Assembly (NCBI GenBank): GCA_963664405.1
Contig: OY761158.1
Coordinates: 1,952,001-2,016,000 of the forward strand
Direction: 5' to 3'
Length of the DNA stretch: 64,000 bases
Source of the DNA: Thermoanaerobaculia bacterium
GTDB lineage: Bacteria > Acidobacteriota > Thermoanaerobaculia > Multivoradales > Multivoraceae
Every line of letters begins with the position of its first letter. Position 1 is the first letter of the stretch. Made by a program: the position numbers and the translations under genes. The notes beneath the pieces are model-generated. The model had not been told where the DNA came from and did not search any database. It saw nothing but the letters and a program-made list of their open reading frames with translations. Below are positions 40,826 through 50,161 of the stretch, piece by piece.

Positions 40826-41977
40826 TCACAGGATGAAACCTTTGGTATCCAGGCCGACGAGAGTCCGTCCGTAAACCAGCGAAGCTTCATCGAAGTTGAC
40901 CGTCTGATGTTTCGTCGCCATCGTCACGTCGCGGAAAGCCTTCTGCAGCGGACTGTCGTCGAAGACCGATCTTGCACCGGTCGCAGCAATCAGACGGTTC
41001 ACAGATCGCCGACACAACTCCACCGCATAGCAGGCCTGGAACTTCGCCTCGGCGCGAAGCGGCAGCGAGTCGCTGCCGTTCGCCGCCTGCTCGAGCAGGT
41101 CGATGGCCGAATCCAGCAGCTTCTCCGCGCACAGGACTTCGGCCTTCGCCTCGGCAAAGCGAGTGTGGAGGCCGGGGCGGTCCAGCTTCTTCCTACCGGT
41201 GTATTTGTCGGACTGGACCCCCATCAGCTCACTCGCAGCATCGATCGCGCCGCGAGCGAGCCCGAGACTCGAGGCACCGGCGTGGACCGCCAGGCCCGGC
41301 ATGATCGGGATCTTGTAGGTATTCGTAGCATGCCTACTCGCCCACTCAGAACGCGCGCCGAAAAGGACGCCGCTGTCCATCACTCGGTGCTCGGGCACGA
41401 GGACCTTGTCCGCCACCACCTCGACGCTGCCGGTGCCGCGCAGGCCGAGGGCATGCCAGTTGTCGTCGAGCTCGAGATCGGAGCGCGGCACAATCGCGTG
41501 GTAGAGCCTCGGCCTCTCCTCACTGTGGTCGACCGTGCCCATCAGAAACCAGGAGCCATGGGCGGCACCGCTGACAAAACCCCAGCGGCCGGAAAGGGTC
41601 CATCCATCTTCGCGGCGCTCGATGACCCCGGCCGGAGCCAGCGAGCCCGCCGACACCAGATCCGGATCCGCCCACACCTCGTCCTGGGCCTGCTCCGGAA
41701 AGCTGGCCATGATCCAGTCATGCCCGGTGGAGACCATCAGCACCCAGGCGGCGGAGCTGCATCCTCTGGCACACTCGCTCACCATCTCGAGCATCACCCG
41801 CAAATCGCCCTCATCCCCACCGGCGCGGCGCGGAACCAGCGCGCGAAAAAGGCCCGCCTCGCGCATCGCCGCGACACTCTCATCGGCCAGGGATCGCGCA
41901 AGGTCCGAGGCTTCGGCGTGGGCGCTGAGGGTCTCGAGCAGTGTCGGACTGACAGAAGACGCGGCCGATACGTTCAT
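40826..41977 (-). CDS. Acyl-CoA dehydrogenase-fold flavin-dependent monooxygenase (HsaA/HpaH-like)
   Basis: GLFRALVPRRAGG, ARGCSSAAW, LSGRWGFVSG, DNWHALGLRGTGS, PLQKAFRD; AGGAG RBS. Confidence 0.88.
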   Translation of the reverse strand: MNVSAASSVSPTLLETLSAHAEASDLARSLADESVAAMREAGLFRALVPRRAGGDEGDLRVMLEMVSECARGCSSAAWVLMVSTGHDWIMASFPEQAQDEVWADPDLVSAGSLAPAGVIERREDGWTLSGRWGFVSGAAHGSWFLMGTVDHSEERPRLYHAIVPRSDLELDDNWHALGLRGTGSVEVVADKVLVPEHRVMDSGVLFGARSEWASRHATNTYKIPIMPGLAVHAGASSLGLARGAIDAASELMGVQSDKYTGRKKLDRPGLHTRFAEAKAEVLCAEKLLDSAIDLLEQAANGSDSLPLRAEAKFQACYAVELCRRSVNRLIAATGARSVFDDSPLQKAFRDVTMATKHQTVNFDEASLVYGRTLVGLDTKGFIL

Positions 41978-42024
41978 TTCATGCTCCTGAATTGACCGGG
42001 GCCCTTCAATTTTCATGTCCTTGA

Positions 42025-42053
42025 TTGAATCCCAACCGGCCGACCGGTAGGAT
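42025..42053 (+). promoter_or_regulatory. sigma70-like promoter, probably leaderless transcript
   Basis: TTGAAT-17 bp-TAGGAT-6 bp-ATG(42060); no Shine-Dalgarno sequence. Confidence 0.55.
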
Positions 42054-42059
42054 AACAGC

Positions 42060-43334
42060 ATGCTGACCGGAGCGACCACCACCATCACGGTCATCTCGTT
42101 GCTTCTCACCTGGGGAGGCGCCTTGCAGGAGCAGAGCGAACTGCGACCTGCGGTCATCCATCCGAAAGAGATGGTGGAGCGCCGCTTCGCCCCTAGCGCT
42201 CCGGAAGTAGGTGAGGCGATGCCGGACCTGCCGGTATACGACTCAGAGGGAGAAGAGCTGAGGTTTCGCGACCTGGTGCGAGGGCAGCACACGGTCGTGA
42301 TCCTCGGCTGTCTCACCTGACCCCCCTTCCTCTCTCTGGTCTCCCGGGTGGAGACCGTCGCGCGGGACTACACTCCGAAGGGAGTGCGCTTCTACTACCT
42401 GTACAAAGCGTTGGCGCATCCGGAGTACCACGGGTACATCACCCCTTTCACCCTGGAAGAGCGCCTGATGCACGCCAAGGAGGCGGAGCGCCGCCTGGGC
42501 TCCCGTATCCCCTGGATCGTCGACGCAATGACCAACGACCTGAAACACGCTTTGGGCTACGCACCCAACAGTGAGTTCGTCGTTGATCCCGAGGGCAAAG
42601 TGGTGCGTCGACGAGCCTGGAGCGACCCCGACGCCCTGCGAGCGGATCTCGAAGAGCTCGTCGGCGCGGTCGAAAGACCGACCCGCGTCGCGGATCTCGA
42701 CATGCCGACCCAACCGCCCCCGGCCCCCACTGTAGCCACGGGTGTAGTGCCAGGAGTCGAGGTCGCGGGGCACATGCGAGCGCTGCGCCTAACGCCCGAG
42801 CTCGAGGGCAACAAATACCCCTTCTACGTAAAGCTCCGCGCCGAGGCCGACCAGAGCTTCCTGGCCGAGGCCGAAGGTCAGATCTACCTCGGCTTCCATC
42901 TCGACCCCCTCTACGAGATGCACTGGAACAACCTCGCTCCACCTCTCGAGCTCGAGATCACGGCACCGGAAGGAGTGCGGGTGACGCCGACCAAGCTCGC
43001 GGCGACGACGCCGAAGGAAGAGGCGGACGCCGATCCTCGCGAGTTCCTCGTCCGCATCGAGGCCGACCCGGGCCAGCGAGATCCTCTGAAGCTCTCGGTT
43101 CTGTACTACGCCTGCGACAACGCCAACACTTTCTGCGTTCCGGTGCGGCAGAGCTACGCCGTGCACCTCACCGCCGACAGCGACGGTGGCAGCCCCTTCA
43201 GCCGCACCGCGATGCCGGCAGGAGAGGGCGTCCTCGGCGACATGGACACAAATGGAGATGGCACCATCGACCGCGATGAGCTGGAGGCGAAAGAAAGGGA
43301 GCTCGACGTTTTGCTCGAGCAGGCGCCCGACTAG
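42060..43334 (+). CDS. Exported deiodinase-like thioredoxin-fold selenoprotein (CLTU; Sec at TGA 42318-42320) with Ig-like dithiol domain and EF-hand
   Basis: ORFs 42060-42320 and 42348-43334 are in frame; readthrough gives VILGCLT-U-PPF...YLYKALAHP...IVDAMTN (deiodinase-like motifs); YYACDNANTFC; DTNGDGTIDRDE. Confidence 0.85.
42338..42356 (+). promoter_or_regulatory. Putative bacterial SECIS element
   Basis: 17 nt after UGA: GGUCUCC-CGGGU-GGAGACC (perfect 7-bp stem). Confidence 0.75.
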
Positions 43335-43345
43335 TACCAACCTCC

Positions 43346-44590
43346 ATGGACTTCAATGACTCCCCCACCGAGGCCGCCTTCCGAAACGAGGTCCGGGCCT
43401 GGCTCCAGGCCAATGCCGAGCCCAGGACCGGTCCCCCCGAGCACATCTTCACCCTTCGAGGCGACGAGGCCGAGTACGTCCGTCGCGCCAAAGTCTGGCA
43501 GGCGAAGAAGCACGACGCCGGTTACGCCGCCATCCACTGGCCGAAGGAGGACGGCGGTGGCGGCGGCACGCCGATGCAGGCCCTGATCTTCGGTGAGGAG
43601 GAATCCAGGTACCGAGTGCCACAGGGAGCCTTCACGGTCGGCATGGGGATGTGTGGACCGGTACTGAGGCTCTACGCGGACAAGCAGACCAAGGAACGCC
43701 TGCTTCCACCCCTGGTGCGGGGAGAGGACCTCTGGTGCCAACTCTTTTCAGAGCCTACCGCGGGTTCAGACCTCGCCGGTTTGCGAACCCGCGCCGAGCG
43801 CGACGGCGACTCGTGGGTAGTGAACGGCCAGAAGGTCTGGACCTCGATGGCGAACCACGCCAGCTACGGCATCCTGGTCGCGCGTCACGACCCCAGCCTG
43901 CTCAAGCATAAGGGCCTCACTTTCTTCTGGCTCGATATGAAAAGCCCCGGCATAGAGGTCAAACCGATCAAGCAGATCTCGGGCGCCGCGGGTTTCAACG
44001 AGGTCTTCTTCACCAACGTTCGCATTCCCGACTCCCAGCGCCTCGGTAAAGTCGGCGAGGGCTGGCAGGTCTCGCTGGCGACGCTGATGAACGAGCGAGT
44101 GGCGGTGTCCAGCCCTGGACCGCCTGACTTCGACGATATCTTCGCGTTGGCGCGAGATCTCGGCCTCGTCAACGGACCCGCCGGCACGGCGGTGCGATCC
44201 CGCCTCGCCGACTGGTACGTCGAGGCGCAAGGATTGCGCTTGACCGGTGCCCGCACCCTGACGCGACTCAGCCGCGGAGAGAATCCTGGGCCTGAGTCGT
44301 CGATCGAGAAAGTCGTCGCCTCCACCAAGCAGCAGGAGATTGCGTCGTTCGGCACCGACTTGCTCGAATATGCCGGCGTGCTCCTGAACCAGGAGACACT
44401 GCCGGGCGAGGGCTTGTTCCAAACCGGATATCTCTCGTCTCCCGGCCGTCGCATCGCCGGAGGAAGCACCGAGATCTTGCGCAACGTGATCGCCGAACGC
44501 GTCCTGGGCTTGCCGGGAGACATCCGCGTCGACCGCGATCTCCCTTTCAATGAGATCCCGACGGGGAACAGTCCCCCACCCTCGCGATGA
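43346..44590 (+). CDS. Acyl-CoA dehydrogenase
   Basis: WCQLFSEPTAGSDLA, VNGQKVWTS, FNEVFF, IAGGSTEILRNVIAERVLGLP. Confidence 0.95.
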   Translation: MDFNDSPTEAAFRNEVRAWLQANAEPRTGPPEHIFTLRGDEAEYVRRAKVWQAKKHDAGYAAIHWPKEDGGGGGTPMQALIFGEEESRYRVPQGAFTVGMGMCGPVLRLYADKQTKERLLPPLVRGEDLWCQLFSEPTAGSDLAGLRTRAERDGDSWVVNGQKVWTSMANHASYGILVARHDPSLLKHKGLTFFWLDMKSPGIEVKPIKQISGAAGFNEVFFTNVRIPDSQRLGKVGEGWQVSLATLMNERVAVSSPGPPDFDDIFALARDLGLVNGPAGTAVRSRLADWYVEAQGLRLTGARTLTRLSRGENPGPESSIEKVVASTKQQEIASFGTDLLEYAGVLLNQETLPGEGLFQTGYLSSPGRRIAGGSTEILRNVIAERVLGLPGDIRVDRDLPFNEIPTGNSPPPSR

Positions 44591-45216
44591 CCGACCACAA
44601 CGCCGACACTGCGGGCAGTGCCTCCGCCGGGCTTCCGAGTACGACGCGGACAGAGGAGATCTACCAGGCCGCCGTCGCCCTCTTCCTCGAGCGCGGCTAC
44701 GACGCAACGCCCCTGTCCGTCATCGCAGCGAAGCTCGGGCTCACCAAGGCCGGTCTCTACCACCACTTCGAGAGCAAAGAGGACCTGCTCTTCCACATCC
44801 ATCGCCACCTGATGACAGAGCGTCTGTTGCCAGTGATCGAGGCAGCCGAACGAGAGTCGGATCCGGAGCTCCGCCTGCGACAATACATCTGCGACTTCAC
44901 CGCGCTGATGGCCTCTGACCCCGCTATCCGCCTATTGATCGAAGAATCGAAGCGGCTCTCGCCCGAGCATCTCGATGCGATCCGTGCGGTTTGGAGACGG
45001 GGCTACCAGTTGATGCGAAGCTCGATCGAGGAGCTCAAACAATCGGGCCGCTGCAAGCAGACACTAGACCCGACCTACGCCGCCTTCGCGGCGATCGGGA
45101 TGTGTACCTGGACCCTCTACTGGTTCGATCACGACCGCCCAGACACGATTCACGAGATCTCGGAGGCTTTCTCGAGCATCTTTCTGAGCGGTGTTCTCGA
45201 AGATGAGGCCGGCTAG
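44587..45216 (+). CDS. TetR family regulator (KstR2-like)
   Basis: LFLERGYDAT..IAAKLGLTKAGLYHHFESKEDLL; GMCTWTLYWF. Confidence 0.92.
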   Translation: MTDHNADTAGSASAGLPSTTRTEEIYQAAVALFLERGYDATPLSVIAAKLGLTKAGLYHHFESKEDLLFHIHRHLMTERLLPVIEAAERESDPELRLRQYICDFTALMASDPAIRLLIEESKRLSPEHLDAIRAVWRRGYQLMRSSIEELKQSGRCKQTLDPTYAAFAAIGMCTWTLYWFDHDRPDTIHEISEAFSSIFLSGVLEDEAG

Positions 45217-45227
45217 GGGCACAATCG

Positions 45228-45800
45228 TCACTCTTCGGCAGAGCTCAGAAACGTCTTCAGCCAGCCTCTCGCCCGCTGCCAGTCGCGCTGGGCGGTACGC
45301 AGAGAGATAGACAGAGCCTCCGCCGTCTCTTTCTCGGAGTAGCCTGCAAACAAGCGGCACTCCACGACCTGGACCAGGCGAGGATCGTAGGACGCGAGCT
45401 TCTCCAGCGCTTCGTCAACAGCGAGGAAGCCCTCCGCCTGTGCGGCGACGGCGACCCTGCCTTCGTCGAGCTCGAGATCTGGCTTGCCGCCACCACGCTT
45501 GTGCCGCGTCTTGCGTTTGGCGTAGTCCACCAGAATCTGACGCATAGCGCGGGCGGCGATGGCGAAGAAGTGGGAGCGGTCCGCGAAGGTGGCCGCCCTC
45601 TGTGCCACCAGCTTGATGTAGGCCTCGTGAACGAGCCCGGTGGTGTCGAGCGTGTGCCCTGGGCGCAATCGCCGCAGCTGCCCGCGGGCGATGCGCCGTA
45701 GGTCTTCGTAGATCAGTGGCACCAGCCGATCGAAGGCGCCCTCCTCACCGCGGACATGGGCTTGGAGGATCCCGGTCAGGTCTTCGCTGGACGATGACAT
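45228..45800 (-). CDS. ECF sigma factor, TIGR02999/kinase-associated type
   Basis: LVPLIYEDLRRIA, HTLDTTGLVHEAYIKL, RSHFFAIAARAMRQILVD, RTAQRDW. Confidence 0.93.
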   Translation of the reverse strand: MSSSSEDLTGILQAHVRGEEGAFDRLVPLIYEDLRRIARGQLRRLRPGHTLDTTGLVHEAYIKLVAQRAATFADRSHFFAIAARAMRQILVDYAKRKTRHKRGGGKPDLELDEGRVAVAAQAEGFLAVDEALEKLASYDPRLVQVVECRLFAGYSEKETAEALSISLRTAQRDWQRARGWLKTFLSSAEE

Positions 45801-46564
45801 CAGCCTGGTTCTCCAGCGGTTTCAGTGGGCACTATAGCCGGTGCCAGAGGGCTCTCGAAGCTCTTCAAGAGTGCATCGACCTCACCCAGCGGTCGGCCCA
45901 CGCCACCCTGGCCTTCTCGGCTGTAGTGCCCGAGCCGCTCCGCTCTAGCCAGCTCGATGGGGGTCAGCCAGCTTGATCCCGCGGCAGCACACTCTGGCGC
46001 CGTGACAAAGCGGTTGTGTCGATTGTGAGGGGTGATGTGACCCATGATCTCGCGCCGGCAGCGATGGCGGTCGCTCACATGCCCCAGACCAAGCACGTGC
46101 CCGAGCTCGTGGGCCAAGTTCTGGGCCCGGCTGCCACACCACAGCTGCTCGCCACTCGAGTCGACCGCTCGGTTGTAGAGGGTGATCGTGCTCACCGCGA
46201 ACTCGCCGCAGGTCGTGCTTCCACTCGAGCCGTCGGAGAGCTCGATACGGATGGTCCGGAAACCTCCGGCGCCGTGGATGAACTGTGGAAAGTCCTGGCC
46301 ATAGCCGCTGCAGCTCCGCCACTGGCGTATCGCCTTCTCCACCACCTCGAAGGCAAGCTCGTCGCCGTAGTCGAGTCCGATCGATTCTCCGAGCCGGGTA
46401 AGGGAGTAAGGCGGCCGGCATGGGTCGTCGCCCGCGAAGCTCGACGCGCTGACCAGCTGTCCTGCCAGCAGAAGAGCAGGCCACCTCCAAGGTCGCGGCG
46501 GCGAACCGAGCGGTGCGACGCCTGGCGCTTTGTCCCGAGTGCGGTTGCGCGAGAATTGAGTCAT
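45800..46564 (-). CDS. Secreted metzincin (matrixin-like) zinc protease
   Basis: Signal-like N-terminus; HELGHVLGLGH followed by Met-turn IMG; stop overlaps the sigma factor start. Confidence 0.8.
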   Translation of the reverse strand: MTQFSRNRTRDKAPGVAPLGSPPRPWRWPALLLAGQLVSASSFAGDDPCRPPYSLTRLGESIGLDYGDELAFEVVEKAIRQWRSCSGYGQDFPQFIHGAGGFRTIRIELSDGSSGSTTCGEFAVSTITLYNRAVDSSGEQLWCGSRAQNLAHELGHVLGLGHVSDRHRCRREIMGHITPHNRHNRFVTAPECAAAGSSWLTPIELARAERLGHYSREGQGGVGRPLGEVDALLKSFESPLAPAIVPTETAGEPG

Positions 46565-46629
46565 AGCGAGCCTCCTTGGTGAGGGTCCGACGGCTTAATC
46601 GAGGTCGTTATCGCCGCCAACCTCTGCAA

Positions 46630-46656
46630 TACGACGAAGGGGTGGAAGACCCGCCA
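46630..46656 (-). promoter_or_regulatory. Putative ECF sigma promoter TGGC-N19-CGTA upstream of the protease-sigma operon
   Basis: Minus strand ATGGCGGGTCTTCCACCCCTTCGTCGTATTG. Confidence 0.5.
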
Positions 46657-46762
46657 TCCGAAGCGCGAGGCCTCGCTCGCCAGGCTGCAGCCATCTGGCA
46701 GACACTGCAGCGGTGCTAGCATGAGTTGCTCTGTCTGAGGCTGAGGTGAATGGGGGCCACTC

Positions 46763-49755
46763 ATGGCGGCTCGAAAAAAGCGCACCAACCCCACCCTTCG
46801 CAGGTGGTCGGAGGTCGACGCTCTCCTCCGTCAAGCCTTGGAGCGGCCCACGGAGGAGCGGCCTGAATTCCTGGCTGAGGCGTGTCGGGACGACACCGAG
46901 CTGCACGCAGCGGTCGGGGCCCTACTCGCCGCATCCGAGGAGGACACGAGCGGCCTCGCGACCGGAGCGGGCGTCGACGGTCCGTTATTGCAGGAGTTAC
47001 TCGAAGAGCTCGTGCCGGAAGCGTCCCCTCCCGGCTTCGGCGAAGGGAAAGCGAAGGCGATGGCCCTAGATTCGGGCACTCGTCTTGGCAACTACGAGGT
47101 TGTCTCCAGCCTCGGCGCCGGAGGAATGGGAGAGGTCTATCGTGCCCGCGACGAGAAGCTGGGGCGCGAGGTGGCGATCAAGCTCCTTCGCCAGGAAGTC
47201 TCGAACGACCCTGAGCGTCTTGCGCGATTCACTCGCGAGGCGCGAGTTCTCGCTTCTCTGAATCACCCCAACATCGCAACCCTGCACGGATTTGAGACCG
47301 CACAGGACACCCCGTTCCTTGTCATGGAGCTGGTCGAAGGAGAGACGCTGGCGGAGAGGATCAAGCGTGGAGCGATCCCGGTCGAGGAGGCGCTCGCACT
47401 CTTTCTGCAAATCGCCGATGGCTTGGAGGCTGCCCACGATAAGGGCGTCATCCATCGCGATCTCAAGCCGGCGAACATCAAAGTGACCGACGAGGGTGCT
47501 GCGAAGATTCTCGATTTCGGTCTGGCCAAGGCGATGACGGCAGAGTCGACGATGGGAGACCCGAACTCCTCGGAATCGCCGACGCTGACTGCGGCGGCCA
47601 CGAAGCCTGGGCAGATCCTCGGGACCACCGCCTACATGTCGCCAGAGCAGGCAAAGGGGGGCGCCGTCGACAAGCGGGCTGATGTATGGGCGTTCGGCGC
47701 GTGCCTCTACGAAGCCCTGACCGGCGAACGCGCTTTCCAGGGAGACAGTGCACAAGACGTTCTCGGCTCGGTGCTGAAGCTCGACCCGGCATGGGACGCT
47801 CTGCCGTCGGCCACTCCCACTCCGCTGCGGCGCCTCCTCCGCCGCTGCCTCGAGAAGAACCCCAACGACCGCCTGCGCGACATCGGTGATGCTCGCCTTG
47901 AGCTGTGTGAAGCCTTCGCGACTCCTGCGAGCGATGAGCCGACGACACGCGAGGTCAGCAAGGAGAGGCGCAGCCTCAGTCTGGCCCGCGCCTCCGTCGT
48001 CACCGGCGCGGTGACCGCCGCCATAGCGGTGATCGCCGGGCTCGCATTCTGGACCTCGAGGCCTGATCCTATTCCGCCCGAGCGCCTCGTGGTCCGCTCT
48101 GTGCTGAGCGCCGCTCCCAGCGCGTCGGTGACAGTTTCCCCTTTCGGGCGCGATCTGGCGGTGGGCCCCGACGGCCGGGTGGTCGTGTACCAGAGCGAAG
48201 GCTCTCTCTATGCTCGCCCTACAGACAGCCTCGTCGGATCCCAGCTGGCAGGGACGGAGGGCGCGTCGACTCCCTTCTTTTCGCCCGACGGGGCCTGGGT
48301 CGGCTTCGCAGCCGGCGGCAGTCTCAAGAAGGTCTCCCTTCTCGGGGGACCGACGGTGAGGCTGGCCGATCTAGCCGGCGGCATTCTCACCGGCGCAAGC
48401 TGGGGCGCTGACGACACCATCATCCTCGGCTTTTCCGACGGCCTCTATCGAGTGTCGGCAGAAGGGGGCAGGCCGGAGCTGCTTCTAGCGCCAGATCCGG
48501 AGAGAAGAGAGATATATCGCAGCCCTGAGCTATTACCCGGCGGCCAGACCGTACTTTTCACTCTCCGCCCGAGCACGAGCCCCGAACAAGAGCAGATCAT
48601 GGCCCTGTCTCTCTCTACCAGGAAGCAGAAAGTCCTGCTCTACGGTGGAGGCACTGCCCGGTACGTGCCCACGGGACACTTGGTCTACGGGCTCAACGGT
48701 GCGCTGCTAGCCGTGGCCTTCGATGCCGAGAGTTTGGAGGTCAGGGGAAATCCGGTTTCCGTCCTGGAAGGCGTCTCCAGCAAGGCCGCTGGTCGTACCG
48801 TAAGCTTCGACTTCTCGCAGAACGGGTCCTTGGCGTACGTCACGTCAGGCGGATGGTCACGAGCGACCTTGGCCTTGGTGGGGCGGGACGGACAGGAGGA
48901 GGTCCTCTCTACCCCCCCCCTCGGCGCTACCAGTATCCTCGCATCTCTCCGGACGGGCAACGGATAGCAGTCTCCTCTGCTGATGAAAACCAGGATGTGT
49001 GGATCTGGGACCTCGGTCGGGAGACGCTGGATCAGTTGACCCGCGATCCTGGACGAGACCTGACTCCGGTCTGGACTCCTGATAGTCGCGAAGTGGTGTT
49101 CAGCTCGAACCGTGGCGGGAGCTTCGACCTTTACCAGAGGGCGGCGGACGGCACGGGCCCTGTGAAGACTCTGACTGAGAGCAACGAGCCGCTATCTCCC
49201 TCGTCTTTTTCCCCTGATGGCAAGCTTCTCGTCTACCGTGTAGGCATGTTGGCAGGGTTCGATCTAGGGGTACTATCGTTCGAGGGCGAGGGGGCACAAG
49301 AGCCGCTTCTCGTAGCGGAGATCGATGAGTGGAACGGGGAGATCTCACCCGACGGTCGTTTCCTCGCCTACCAATCGGACGAATCAGGCGAGGACGAGAT
49401 CTATGTGAGGCCATTCCCAGAAGTCGAGAGCGGTCGCTTCCCGATCTCAGCTGGCGGCGGCACAGAACCGCTTTGGTCGCCAGACGGGAGCGAGATCTTC
49501 TATCGTGTCGACGATCGGGTGATGGCAGCGCCAATCCAGACCGACCTCGCGTTCGAAGCGGGGAACCCACAGGAGCTCTTGAGGGGGGTCCATGCCGGTG
49601 CCTCCCAAGGAGGCCGCAGTTACGACATCCACCCGGACGGTGAACGTTTTCTCACCATCCTCCCGGCGGAGACGAACGAGCAAGGATTGGGGATTCAGGT
49701 CATTCTGGTCGAGAACTGGTTCGAGGAGCTGAAACGCCTGGTGCCCGTCGACTGA
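46763..49755 (+). CDS. Ser/Thr kinase with extracytoplasmic PD40/TolB-like propellers; frameshift at C9 run 48912-48920
   Basis: GAGGMGEVY, HRDLKPAN, DFGLAK, GTTAYMSPE; SPDG repeats continue in ORF 48853-49755 ending VENWFEELKRLVP. Confidence 0.9.
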
Positions 49756-49775
49756 ACTGGGCTGAAGGAGACGCC

Positions 49776-49925
49776 ATGCCCTCAAAGCATCACAACATCC
49801 ACTTCGACGTGACGGAAGGTTGGGAGCATCTCCCGTAGGGCTGGTCGTTCACCGAAGTCGCCGGCGTGGCCTGCGACTCCCGCGATCGGGTCTAAGTCTT
49901 CTGCCGCGGCGAGCACCCGGTGATC
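49776..49925 (+). pseudogene. Decayed duplicate of the first ~50 codons of the NHL-repeat gene at 55953
   Basis: MPSKHHNIHFDVTEGWEHLP*GWSFTEVAGVACDSRDRV*VFCRGEHP; stops at 49836 (TAG) and 49893 (TAA); AAGGAG RBS retained. Confidence 0.9.
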
Positions 49926-49995
49926 CGGCCCCTCTCCCCTTGTCAGCACCGAAAATGAGCTCGGACTTTCCCGACAGGACTCACGAGTTGGTGCA

Positions 49996-50161
49996 CTAGA
50001 CCAGCGTTTCCAAAGTTCGCGCACATATCTCGGCCCCTTCTGTCCGCTGACGGCGTTTCGCCTCCTCGACATATTGCCCAATATGCCTGCGTCGGCGCGC
50101 CTGGCCAGCGAACAGAATGACCTCGAGCTATTGCACACGAACTTTGGAAACGCTGGTCTAG
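49996..50161 (-). mobile_element. Palindromic MITE copy 3 (166 bp, inverted)
   Basis: Same terminal inverted repeats; its CTAG at 50158-50161 supplies the stop codon of the RND gene. Confidence 0.88.

Noticed and set aside
48912-48920. Phase-variable poly-C switch in the kinase
   Set aside because: A similar homopolymer indel breaks the enoyl-CoA hydratase at 57497-57503, pointing to long-read error; needs read data
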